A stretch of 23,508 nt of DNA from positions 4,464,001 through 4,487,508 of the forward strand of contig JAYWIR010000013.1 in NCBI GenBank assembly GCA_036172245.1. Direction: 5' to 3'. The notes beneath the pieces were generated by a model. The model ran no database searches. It was not told the origin of the DNA and saw only the letters and a list, made by a program, of their open reading frames with translations. This document shows, one piece after another, positions 10,961 to 22,407 of this stretch. The position numbers and the translations under genes are program-made. Numbering within the stretch: position 1 is the stretch's first letter; every line of letters starts with the position of its first letter. Source of the DNA: Raillietiella orientalis. Taxonomy: Eukaryota.

Positions 10961-12486
10961 CCCGATCGTTGGCGCGGATCGTTGTGCGGAAGCCATCGCT
11001 TCCCCTTCGACGGGAGAGACGAGCTTCCTCGGCTTTGTGGACTTACGTCCAGCCTTCTTGCGGGGTGTCGTGGAAACGGAGGCTGCGCTTCCGGCCTCCA
11101 CCTCAAGGTCGGAAGTGGGGCATTCCTGAGGATAGGCCGGACGCCTTACCGCCTTCTTGCCAGCCTTGGAGGGTTCTGGCTGCAACGAGGCTGCCAGCTT
11201 CTCCGCGGCTCGCGCGAAGGCTACGTCATCGATGGTGGTGTCGACGACGGACGCCGCCGCCGGCTCGCTCCCCTCGCTGTTGACAGAGTAAACAGAGGGG
11301 TTGTCGTCGGTAGCGTTGAATTCTTTTTGGCAGCGTTCGGCAACGCTGCACTCTTTAATTTGCTCACTTGCCTGCTGTTTTTTCTGGATGTACGCGAGCT
11401 TTTTCTCTAATCCTTTTCCTGTTTTTGTTTTTTTGGCTGTTGTCACCTGCCACTTAGACTCGTGGCTGATTCCCTGGACTTGTTCGGAGTTGTTCGCCGG
11501 GGTCTCGGGTGTTGCCTGGGCCTTGGGCGCGGGTGGCACAGCCTTCGTGGCAGCATTCGCCTCCAGGTTTTTCTGCAGCAGCCGGGCGCGTTTTTTAAGG
11601 TTTCTCTTGGAAACCACCCGCACTGCTGTTTTTGGGCACACCTCCCTCGTGTGCTTCATTGTTCCGCAAACTTGGCACTGCACGTTGTGGCACCTCTTTT
11701 TGAGGTGGCTCGACGTATTGCAGAAGCCACAGTATTCCGGCTTTCTCACATTCCAGATGTCCACGGTTTCGCCTTCGTCCACCAGTTTGTGAGGAAGAGT
11801 GCAATTCCCCCGAACGATCACGCGCGCCGCCGTGAGGCCGTGTTGCAGCCCCGTGTAGTCCTGGAAAGGACTAACTTCCGTGCACTGTGCGTGGACCGTT
11901 CCGAACTGTTCCAGAGCGGCGCGAACCTGTTCTTTGCGCATTCGCGCGGTTACGCCTAACAGGTGGACCTCCATGCTGCGGTCCGCCGTAGTGGGGAGGA
12001 GCCTGCGCGTTTCCATCACAACGGGGGTTTAAGCAGTCGTTAGGCCAGCTCTGCATGCTTGCAGATGACCTCAACGTACTGACCCCCGGTGCGGATGGTC
12101 ATAGCGGTGAGCTCCTCCTCTTTCACATCGAGAGCGCGCATGCCCTTCGAGAAGGCGCACGCGCTCTCTAATGAATAGAGATTGCCAACCTTGTAGAACA
12201 ATGAGGGGTTACACCCCTCCTCTACACAGTCCAATTTCGTTGCAGCTGCATTCGATGGCGCCGACACAACGGCGCTCATCGCTTGCGCCGCAGCGTGGAC
12301 CGATTCTGTGGAAGCGGATGCCCCATCTCCATCGCCTCTGGGGGCGACGTTGCCGCCGCCCCCTGGCCATCCCTGGTGGTCGCGTCAGTCATCGCTGCCT
12401 GATCCACCACCGAACCACACGACGCTTGCACTGGGGGAGACTTCCTGACACAAGGAGCACCAAGAAAACACGTCCGCCCTTGAGCG
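10961..12486 (-). mobile_element. Segment E: 5' end and most of ORF1 (ATG 12392) of a family related to B/C
   Basis: 5' motif GGGCGGACGTGTTTT. EEGCNPSLFYKVGNLYSLESA… aligns with C EEGSNPPLLYKVGNFHSFESA…. Knuckles are CGFCNTSSHLKKRC and CQVCGTMKHTREVC. Frameshifts near 12290 and 12030. It fuses to D's UTR near 10960. Confidence 0.9.
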
Positions 12487-14569
12487 CACAAGGCGTTTAA
12501 CTGCGTAAATTAGGATCTCCTGCTAAAGCTCCTGGAACGCCTCGGTGTCACGGTGCACCTCGTAGCGTATTTGCGCGTTTGCTGGCGCCACGCGCTTATT
12601 ACCATCTCTTTCAGCGGCTGTCACGTGTACGGCGTGCCGGTTTAGCGGGGCACAAGGCAAAGCGACAGCTTAAGCCCATTGCTCTTCAGCATCTTCTTTG
12701 AGTTGGTTCTGAGGGCGTACAGGCTGACGCTGGCCAACCTGCCGAGCTCTTGTCCAGGAACGCCGTCCGTGACAGCCTAGGCTGACGACCTGCTTCTCCT
12801 CTTACCGATGACAACCCCTGCGTTCAGTATCGAGGATTTCTTCGAGCTGATTCGCCGGGGAGCGGGCATGAGCGTAAACATGCGCAAGAGCGTGGTCGTA
12901 CCTATTGGTGCGGCGTGGGAGGGGCAGTCCGACTGTATCCGTCTGGATATCCAGAACGCTTCGTCCACCCAATATCTGAGCGTTTTGCTGATGAACATCA
13001 ACCCAATGGAAGTGTGGTCGGAGTGCCTTCGGAAGGCTACCAGTGCTCTGAGCCCGTTCCGGAGTCGCAGGTTCGTCTCGGTGGAGCGGGCCACGATATG
13101 AAACACCTTCGTTGCCCCCCTGTTTCGTTTTCTGCTTTTTGTTTGCCCGCCTTTCGACTCGGTCAAGCTCCAGGCGCACAGCCTGTTGAGGAACGCTCTG
13201 TGGAGACCTGCGAGGTGTAGGATCTGCCTAAAACACTTAACGGCACTGCGTCGGGATGCTGGATTAGGCATCCTGACGCTGGAGAGAATCGTGTAGCAGG
13301 TGCAGCTTCGGATGTTGGCCCTGTGCACCAACCTTTAGTCCACTCCGTGGTGCGCTCCCGCGCGCCTGCTTTTGCGGCGCTGCACAGGCAGTGATGGACT
13401 TCTATTGTTGCGTCCGCACACGGAGATCCCCTCGACAAGTTTCGATTTCCCTTTGAAACCGCTATAGCGGCTCCTAACAGCCCAGGAATGGATCTCCTGC
13501 CGCCCAACGAACTTTCAAGCCTGGCGGCAGGAACCGTTATATGGCTGGGCAAAGCACCAGGATGTTTCCCTCCTGGAACTCCGTTGCGTTCACCTCTCCC
13601 CGTACTGCACGGTGGATGAGGTCTGCAGCAGCCAGGAGAAGTGGATCGGCCTAGCCATCACCTCCCTCGCCGACGGACTGTCAGCCCTCAGGGCAAGAGA
13701 TGAAGCTGCGAACCGGCGAGATGAAAGGTCACCTGCACTATTGCAGGAACAACACGACCTATTGGCGGCTGGAGGACTTGCGAGCTGGCAGACGCCGCCA
13801 CGCCTCGCCACATCTCGTAGGGACTCCTTCGGTGAAGTGAAAACTTGAGTGTGCCCCCTGAAGAACTTGTGGTCCCTCCCTCCTGTTTAAACACTTCTTT
13901 GTTCCCCCTTTCGTGGAAGCAGGACGTCATCATGCTGGTGCATTAGGGTTTTCACTCGAACCAGAGGACGAACCGTGTTTCCGGGGGAGTTGTCTCCCCA
14001 AACTGTAAGCGGTGTGTGGAAGTGGAAACGCTCCTGCACCTGCTTTTGGACTGCAGTGCCCTCCAAGGACTTTGGCGGAGGCTGGCCTCAGCTCTCCTGC
14101 ACCAGGGGGACGCCGCGAGGGACTTGATGCGCCGCTTCTTCACGCCAGGCGGCCTGTCATTGGGTACTGTCGTTGCAACCGTGTGTTGCACCCGCGCCAT
14201 CGACAAGGCCCACCGAGAGTTGGAGAAGCTGGCCATCGTTCGTCAGCCCACCGGATTAGCCAGCGCAAGCATGTCGTCGGCTGCCGAGTGGGCCCACCTT
14301 CCACAGGACGTAAGGAGAGAGATCGCCGGCATCCATCGCCGGTTTTGAAAAGAAGGAACGGACTCACCAAAGACCCCTGTCCCCTGTTCTCCATATTTTA
14401 ATTTTTTTATAGTAGTGTATTTGTGGTCCCCTCCCTCCCGTTCCGGACTTTCAGCATACCGACCTGCGTGTTGGGGATCCCACCCCATTCGTCTCTAGTC
14501 TTTCCCTTTGTCCTGGAGCTCTGTTCCCGGATAGTTTTTAATAAACGCCCCAACGCACCCGGGTGACAA
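12486..14569 (+). mobile_element. Segment F: 3' part of an element, from the RT HKAF motif to the 3' terminus, degenerate
   Basis: Begins HKAFNCVN*. Contains SLSPLLFS, YADD changed to *ADD (12778-12789), DAGLGIL and CKRC-x7-H-x4-C (14004-14054). Stop at 14401, then the 3' motif at 14540-14565. Confidence 0.9.
14540..14569 (+). promoter_or_regulatory. 3'-terminal motif of F: AATAAA and perfect palindrome CACCCGGGTG
   Basis: AATAAA CGC CCCAAC GCACCCGGGTG ACAA. Confidence 0.72.
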
Positions 14570-16350
14570 CCAGCCGCCCCCCTGCGATCCTCTCGATCTC
14601 CTGGGAGTTCTCCCCGGTGATCACGTGGATCTCCTGCAGGAGTGCCAGGTCGAAGTCACGCAGGGTGGAGGTCGTGCTACGTCTGTTGCCGTCGTCACGC
14701 ATCCCGTTCACGTTCCAGCAGTCCACGCGTAATTGACGGCGACAGGTGAGCTCAGGTGTTATTACTGGGTAAGTAGCAATGGGGCTCCCGCCACCTGGTC
14801 GGGCGGGACGGATAGAGGAATGGGATCACCGCGCACCTGTTCTCCCTTTCCATGGTGGACGATTCCTCGTCAGACCGCAACGGCTGAAGGGGGCGGGTGT
14901 CACGTAACTGCTCCTCCTCTTCCATGGGGGACGATTCGTCGGCTGCGCTGGACGGCAACGGGGAGCGGTTGTCAACCTTCTGCTCTCCCTCCTCCATGGG
15001 GATCTCTAGGTGCTCGGTAGCTCTGGGTGGGAAAATCCCTTTCTCCGTTCCCACGCTACCGGCTTTATCCTGGCCTTCCTGTGGGTCCCCCTCCTTCTTT
15101 GTCGGGATGCGCCTCTTCGGATTCTTGGGCTTCCGTTCATTCTTCTTCGGAGGCCCCTCCGCGGAGGAGGAGGCACTTCCGTCATTCGGTTCGTGGACAC
15201 CTGTCGGAGGTGCGTTGCTCGCGACCGGCCTTCGCAAGGCCTTTTGCGCGCCGTTCTCACGGTCCGCGAGCTCGGCCGCGAGCTCTTCCGCCGCCTGTTG
15301 GTAGGCGGCGTCCTCGATTGCGGCGAGCGCGTCGCTCGGCTCCCCCTCTGTTTGTACAGAGGGTTCGCCTTCCTCGATCGCGGCTTCGGCGTCAACGAGG
15401 CGGGAGATATCTCCCCCGGTGGAGGTCTCGGGGATCTCCACGGGCTCCAAAGCGACCGAACATTCGCGGAGCAAAGCGCGGCCTTGCCTTCTATTTGAAG
15501 AAGTTGTCGCGGGTTCCGCTGTCGGTTCTTCGGTTTTTCGGCTTTTTTTACTTTTCGGCTTCGCTGTCCGCCAGTCCTCGTTGTCACCAGCGTCATCGGG
15601 AGTTGTCTCGACCGCCGTTGGCTGGGAGCATTCGGACTCTGGCTTTTTGCTTGGCCTTTCCTTTGCTTCTGTGGGCTTGCTTGTTTTCCCCAAGCGTTTC
15701 TTCTTACCTTTTTTCAAGGCAGAGGGCGCTGGAGGTTCCGGTTCTAAGCGCACTTTCCGGAGGTGGCTTTTCTCCCTGTATTGGGAACACTGGATGTGAG
15801 GGCACCGTTTTTTCAAGTGCCCACAGTATTTAGGCTTGGCCACGTACCAGATGTCGACGACCTTGTTGCCGACGCCGAGTTTGTGGGGCAGCCCACCGTT
15901 TTCGTGGACGGTCACACGCTCTGAGGCCATGCCACTGAACAATCTTCCGTAACTTTGGAAGACGTTCGGCTTGGTCCATACCGCGTGTACCTTTCCGAAT
16001 TTACTCAATTATGCAGTCCGCCCATCAAATAATGGATCTGCTTGATATATCAGAGAGGGTTTGTACTCTACTGCCCGGTAAACCATCTGTTCTGCCGAGG
16101 CTTCTGCGCTGGGCGCTGCCACCATGGCGCTCCATGTCTTCGTCTGCTGCGGCGAAGACGATTCAAGGGCTGATGCTTCCGATCCAGTTTGCTGTGGTGA
16201 CGAACTAGCGTTGCCTACGCCTACTTTAATCACGGTGTCCTCTGGCATGATAGCCATCGGACACCGGCGATGTGAAAAAGCAGAAACACTCGAACAAAAA
16301 ATTCTTTTCAAGCCTCGCTGACAGGGCGACAGAAAACCACGTCCGCTTGC
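14570..16350 (-). mobile_element. Segment G: 5' end, ORF1 (internally deleted) and first ~65 codons of APE
   Basis: 5' motif AAGCGGACGTGGTTTT. ORF1 MAIMPED…KTWSAMV, SKFGKVHAVW and damaged knuckles. APE fragment VDCWNVNG…LLQEIH…GGRL is cut at F's 3' end. Confidence 0.9.
14830..15005 (-). repeat. Degenerate 72-bp (24-aa) tandem repeat in the G ORF1 tail
   Basis: CCATGG recurs at 14850, 14922 and 14994. The protein reads PMEEGEQ…ESS / PMEEEEQ…ESS / TMERE. Confidence 0.75.
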
Positions 16351-19290
16351 AGCGGGGTTCTAGGTAGGCATTCGGAACGAAACGGCTTACCTTTAGGCCC
16401 GTCGTTACAACCGAACACCCTACTTCCGAATATTGGCGGAATAATATGCTGAGACGGAGCGGCAGGCCTGGCATTCCGGGGCGCCTAGCCTTATAGACGA
16501 GAGCTTGGAGCACTGGTCCCCTGAAGAGTTGAGCATCCTATCTCGTGGTGATTATTCCTCCCTGTACGCCAAGGTGTCTTCGGATTGAAAGCTTTCTCAG
16601 CCTTTGCTTCCGCATGCTGCTACGGCGATCGGAGAGAAGGAGAGAACACGCCCATACGAGCCTTTCATGATGGGTGAAAGCATGACCGCAATCGGTAAGC
16701 TGAAAACGCAAAAGTCACGTGGTGATTACGACCTGCCCGGGGATTATTTTTGGTGCTTCGTTGCGGAGCTGGATCCCCTGGTGCAGCGGTTAATGCCGTT
16801 GATCCGGGAGACAGACGACGTTCCCGCCTCCTTCCGATGGGCACGGATGCGTCTTCTCTCGAAGGGTGGATTCTTACGGGACCTCAGCAATTGACGTCCG
16901 ATCACCGTTATGAACGCGGAAACCAAGCTGCTTGCGAAGCTATGGTCGGAGCGAATGGGGCGAGTGGCGGAAAGCTTCATCAGCTCGGAGCAGACATACG
17001 CTGTTCCCGGGCGAAGCATGGACGCCAACCTGCTCTTCGCGATTACCTGGTTCGAGTTCCAGAGATGTAGAAAAAATTAAAGAAACATGGTCGGCACCTC
17101 GATATGCGGGACGTCCGCTGGTGGTTTTCGGGATCGTCGGGAGCGCGAGGGGGCCCTCGCGGTCGCAGTCAGTCTGCGAAAGGCATATGACTGTGTCGAT
17201 TAGGAGCGCCTGCCGGAGCTTCCGAAGCGCTTGGGATTCTCAGCCCATTTATTGGCCTTTCTGCGCTCTTGCTGGCGGGACGCGCTGACCAGTATTACTT
17301 TTAGTGAAAGCAACGTGTTCATGTGCCGATGCGCCGCAGGATACAGCAGGGGGACAGCTTGAGCCCCTTGCTCTTCAGCACCTACTTCGATATGGTGCTG
17401 AGGGCGCACAGGAAAACTCTTGGTCGCCTGCGGCGCGTGTGCTTAGGTACATCGGTTGTGGCTTCGTATGCAGAGGATCTTCTGCTGCTGATCCCTATGT
17501 CTAGCCCGGCGTCGGCGCTTGATAACTTTTACGAGCTGCTGCGTTGCGGGTCAGGGCTGGAGGTGAACTGAGCGAAGTCTTTCGTGGTTGCAGTTGGTTC
17601 GTCGTGGGCTGGGCAGCCGGACTGGTCTAGCTTGAGGATCCCCACGGTGCCGTACTCCAAGTACGTGATTATGCCGTTGGGGGACTATTCCTCTGCGGAA
17701 GCGTGGTTTAGCTGCCTCCAAAAGGCCGAGAGGGCGATCGGCCCGTTCCAGGATGGCAAGTCTTTCCTGCCGGAACAGGCTGTGGTGTGGAACACGTTCG
17801 TTGCCCTTCTTTTTCGCCTCTTGTTTTTTTTTTGTCATCCACCCTGCAGTATCAAAAAACGAACAAAGGATCTCCTCGGAATCGCCCCTTGGAGCAGAGG
17901 TAGGCCCCGAGTCTGTATGAAATGCCTGTGTGCCCTTCGTCGCGTCGGAGACCTCGGCCTCCTTACGCTGCAACGACTGGGACTGCAGCTGCAGTTCAGG
18001 AAGTTAGCCCTATTTGCGAAGTCATGGAGCACCTGCTGTTGCTAGCCTGCGCCAGATCTGGTTAATGGTGCTGGCGGCTGCGCGGGAATGTCCACCTCCT
18101 AGGGTGCTTCAATCTTTGGTACCTGTTCCGCTGTAAATTGCACTTCGGCGAGTGGCGAAGTTGAGCAACACGAACACATGGATCTCCTGCCGACCAGCGA
18201 ACGGCACTTCTTGGCTGTAAGAAAGCTTTCATACGTGAGCCCTGATCAAGGTAGGGAGCCCAGAGTTGCGGCAGCGAATGGTGCACTCCTATCACAATAG
18301 TTGCTCGCTGCAGGACATCATCGTGAAGCACGCCTTGAAGGCATGGAATGAGAGGATTTCCCTTGCCACGGCTCTGTCCCACCTCAGGGAGCACCTGGGA
18401 AGTAGCCAGCCAGAGAAAACGGAAATCAGGTGTAGTATCTCTGTGAGAGAGAGAGTGCAAGGTGGTTGGACCACGGGCGAGTTGACAGACGCTGTGAATC
18501 CAAGTGAACTGCTGAAGGGAGTATTCCGTCAGGGCAAGCTGCTGAGCATCCCAATGGATGTACTCCGGTGGCCCGCGGTGCTGAAGACTAACAGGGTCCT
18601 CTCCATGACGTAGCAGGATTCAACATCCTTGATGTTGCACTGAAGTCTCCCCAGCAATGCCCGCCGTTCTCACTAAACGGGGGAAGCTGTGGACTCAAAT
18701 TGTTTCAGGTGCGGGGAACGGGGAACCCTCCCGCATCTTCTTCTTGACTGTGTTCCTTTTTGGTCCCTATGGTTGCGTTTCGCAACAGCCCTAGGAGCAC
18801 CCACGAACAATCGCAGAGATGTGTTGAAGCGCTTCCTTGTGCGCGACGCCTTTTCGCCTGCCGCAGCCCTTGCAGCACTCTGCTGCCTTCGAGGGATTGT
18901 GGCGGCCTGGAGCAACGGTACTGGTGGACCGCACGATAGGGACATCATCTGCTGAACCCTGTGGTTGCTGAGCATGGCAGCCGGATGGTGCCACTTAAGA
19001 TGTATGCGGACTGAACTTGCCGGCATCTTGGAAAGTATGAAGAGGACGACCCCAAAGGAACGTGTTCGCTTTTCCAAGCAATCCCTACTTTTGTAAAAAG
19101 CGTTACCTTTTTTTCTTTTTCAATTGTCCTTTGCCCTTCCGCTGCCGAGTCGAACTCGACAGTCTGCGTGCTGGCTAATCGACAAGTTCAAAATTTTAAT
19201 TAGAACATTCCTCGTACGCTGTAGGAGCAATGGCCATACGCTTCCTTGTTTATTGAAAAAATAAACGCAGGGGAGCACCCGGATGTAGAA
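16350..19290 (+). mobile_element. Segment H: ORF2 from linker to 3' terminus, heavily degenerate
   Basis: N*RPITVMN, EQTYAVPGRSMDAN, IQQGDSLSPLLF, YAED (17467-17478, catalytic D replaced by E) and CFRC-x7-H-x4-C (18701-18751). Stop near 19094, then the 3' motif at 19260-19285. Confidence 0.92.
19260..19290 (+). promoter_or_regulatory. 3'-terminal motif of H
   Basis: AATAAA CGC AGGGGA GCACCCGGATG TAGAA. Confidence 0.7.
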
Positions 19291-19344
19291 GCAACGCAGT
19301 CTCCTGTCAATCCAACAGAAACGCGCTGCTCACCCAACGCTCTA

Positions 19345-20440
19345 TGGGCCTCTCTACTTCTCCCGGAAAAATACAAAGTAGCATACTCCAGGGCACAAAA
19401 TCTTTAATTGGGACTCTAGGAATATGCACAAGTATACCAGCTATATACGCTTATACAGACGATCTGCTGCTGCTGCACTTGAATTTGATTTCAGCACAAA
19501 CGCTTGGAAATTTCCTCTAGTGGCTACTCCGGGGGAAGAGACTAGAGATGAGCAGAGTGATGTGGCATGCGGTAGTAGCCCGTTTGACGTTGTTAGGGCA
19601 GACGGACTGGTTAAGATCAAAAATCTGTGCGACCCTATTCATTAGTCACCATAGCGTGTTGCTTGAGGGCTATTTAACTGCGGAGTTGTAATTAAAGTGT
19701 CACTAAAAGGCTGTCACTGTGATGGCTCCGGTGGATGACCAATTATATTTCCGAAACGGCTGCGGTGTACAACACTTTGTTCCATCCCCTTTTGCTTTCC
19801 TGCCCAGCAGAGAAATAAATTAAAAAAAACTTAGGTGTGATCGATTTCTAAAACGCAAATAGGTTCAAAAACCAGAAAAAAGACTTGTTCTCTCCAGGAC
19901 GGGACCATGAACAGGGTTTCCTGCTTCTCAAGCGGCAACAGCTTCCGCCCTAGTTTAGAATGGTTGCCCTTGTGGAGACGGTATGGTGCAAATTGCGTTG
20001 CGACGGAGAACGCCATGACGTACGGAAAGCCAACGGAAAGGTACAAATAGCGTTTTTCGTTTCACTCCAATATCATCCATTCGCCCACTGTGCATAGCAG
20101 TTTATAAGGAGAGAAACGTGAACCGGAAGAATTTCAAATAGAACCAATGGGACCCAAAGATGGTACCTCCAGCATGCAAGAAACCGTTTGCAGGATAAAC
20201 AGAATCCAGTAGCGAAGCATGAAACCAGTACACCGGTGATTCTCACTGGAATTTAACGGTTCCGCGCTCGGCAAAGATCTGTAGCACTCCAGTAAATGTA
20301 TTTGAGCATCAAGAACTTCGACCAAATCAGCTTTAATCTCTCTTAGGTAATACCTATGCAGGAATATGGCAGAAAAAAAAAACATATATTAATACATTCG
20401 TTTAAAAAAAAGACAAGGAAAGTGAAAGACGTTCAGCTCA
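19345..20440 (+). pseudogene. Segment I: very old, A-enriched ORF2 relic of the same group, not shown by the ORF track
   Basis: Manual translation gives AYTDDLLLL (~19449-19475), GQTDW, ETAAVYNT, DLFSPGRDHEQGFLLLKR…FRMVALV, ANGKV…FAHC and MQETV. These are colinear with B's AYADDLLLL, GQPDW, ERAAVWNS, DLSAPRRDGGLGLLTLER…FRLLVLV, ARGKV…FGHC and LQETV. Confidence 0.8.
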
Positions 20441-21229
20441 ACGACGATAAAACGGTTCAATGTGGTGAAGTAACCAGCTAAACCAAAAAAAACAACATTA
20501 TAAGACGGCAACTGTGAAAAAACAGAGCACTTCGGATAAGGGGGGATTCACTGCGGTAGCACGTTTCAGCATAATTTATAAACTATAAGAAGCATATTAA
20601 CATCATGTAGATAGTGCTGATAACTTCCGCAATTAAAAGGAGAAAATATCCGCAGTATATTTAAGACACACAGAACCTCTCAGATGATAAATGTAAAAAC
20701 TATTAATCAAGAAGACCGTGAGAGCTTTGAAAGACACAAAAATTAAGGTAAACTTCCCCAAAAAATGCTTGCATATTTGATGAACGAATTCAACTTTGGA
20801 AAATCTTACAAGAAAGACATAATGAAAAAGAAAAACATAATGTACAACGTCTCCTTTGTGTTCAACTTAAAAGAAGACAAGCAAAACCAAGAAGTGTTCT
20901 CAAATGTTACCACTGGAACTCAATTTCGAAAGCCTTCCGCAAAACCCTATCACATAAAGAACAAAGAAACGTCGTGATTTGACGTTAAAGAAAACGATGA
21001 AACATACAACAATGAAGGGGTTAAAGATTTTGGCATGGCAACAAAACTTTCTAACTAGAAGAAAGAAAAATGTAGATACCAATTCAAATTAAGAAGCTTT
21101 AGTTCTCCATTTCACTTACTCTACTAAGCTTCCCATAGAAAATTCCTAACATTTTCTTCCAAGTAGGTAATTAACAAAATGTAAGAATAAGACGAACCGG
21201 AAAATTCAGAAATTTTAGGTTCTACAAAC

Positions 21230-21721
21230 ATGGAAACACAACAAGAGGTGTTACGGAATCATGATAAGCAAAAGATTATGAATGAGATAGAAATACTGTA
21301 TAGATGGTAGCTAAGGAGCGCATACTACATAAAGTATAACAGCGATGTATTTTGGGATTTCGTCAGTTTAGCTAACAGCAATGATGACATAGATGCTATA
21401 CCACACCTAGATGACTCATTGAAATACAGGCTCAGAGAAAACGGATTTTGGAAAATCGGACACATACATGGATTTCTACGACATCAAAATTACGATGGAT
21501 TGGAATCTGCAACCATACTGGGCTACATAATCGGAGACCATAGACCGGAAGCCATTGAACAAATGAAATTTCTCGTTTTCATACTCTACTACTGGATAAT
21601 CAGCACAACAAGGTGGAACTAAAAAAAACAAATATATAAAAAACATATTAGGCATTCCAAAGTAGTGAGATTACAAAAGGAAAAAGAAGACTGGGTTAAA
21701 ACGATAATCAGCATAGGATAA
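21230..21721 (+). pseudogene. Degenerate coding relic, possibly the ORF2 C-terminus of an AT-rich LINE family
   Basis: A 163-codon frame with only two internal stops (21308, 21620) in AT-rich DNA. The pattern DAIPHL…FWK…ILGY…YYWII…RWN loosely resembles L1-type ORF2 tails, but the finger cysteines are absent. Confidence 0.35.
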
Positions 21722-22407
21722 ATTAGGACAGATCGCATTACTTTAGGTTAACTTAGGTTAGCTCAGGCTGGCTTGAATGAGGAAAGGTAGTTTTGGTTAA
21801 GAGAAATTACGATAAATCGTTGACAATATAGAGAACGTTGCAACAGTTGTGTTTGAGAAATGTACATTCCCGTTGAAATCCAGAATGAAGAATCACTACT
21901 CAGAGCAAACATATGCCACCGGTAGACAAGGATGCTGGACGGAATCGAATGCAAGCAGCTTGGATAGCAAAGAAACCGGGTGAACACATGAAGAATGTAA
22001 ACATTTATTCAAAAAGCCATACCCAAATGGAGAATACAGGCTAAGTAAACAATCTCAATTAAAAAACATAGAGCAGATTAAGGTTATTTCACTGATTGTA
22101 CCTCCATAAATCAAGTAATATTCTCACCACTTGCATCATCGACATCATGAATGCTCCTAAGTTCTTCTTCGATGGTTCGCTCAAGCAAACATATCCTAAA
22201 CAGCACATTGGGAAAGCCAGGAATATTAAAGGTGAATGGAAAGAATGGAATTCGGATTATTTCGTATTAGATTGCAGCAAACGGTGCAAAAAACCCACCC
22301 CGCATGCAAATTTCGACAAAGTCAGGAGCCAGTTGCAGGCAGGCCATAAAATGGAAGAACCTGAGTCACTTCAGTAGAAGCCAAACAAATTTCACCAGAA
22401 ATGATAC

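Noticed and set aside
12470..12504. Perfect Inr (GCAGTT, A at 12502) with DPE at +28 for segment E
   Set aside because: The apparent Inr lies inside F's RT codons (HKAF-AAC-TGC) on the other strand, so it is probably coincidental rather than part of E.
9298..15833. Many long plus-strand ORFs opposite D, E and G (e.g. 9338..10015, 15027..15833)
   Set aside because: They are antisense shadows of GC-rich ORF1 sequence with no recognisable motifs.
1..19290. HeT-A/TART- or SART/TRAS-like telomere-maintaining array
   Set aside because: Orientations are mixed, there is no TTAGG/CCTAA array at any junction, all copies are dead, and a normal TTAGG array lies 3 kb further out.
19424..21082. Short ORFs in the AT-rich zone as host genes
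   Set aside because: They are short and lack motifs, and several overlap relic I out of frame or antisense.
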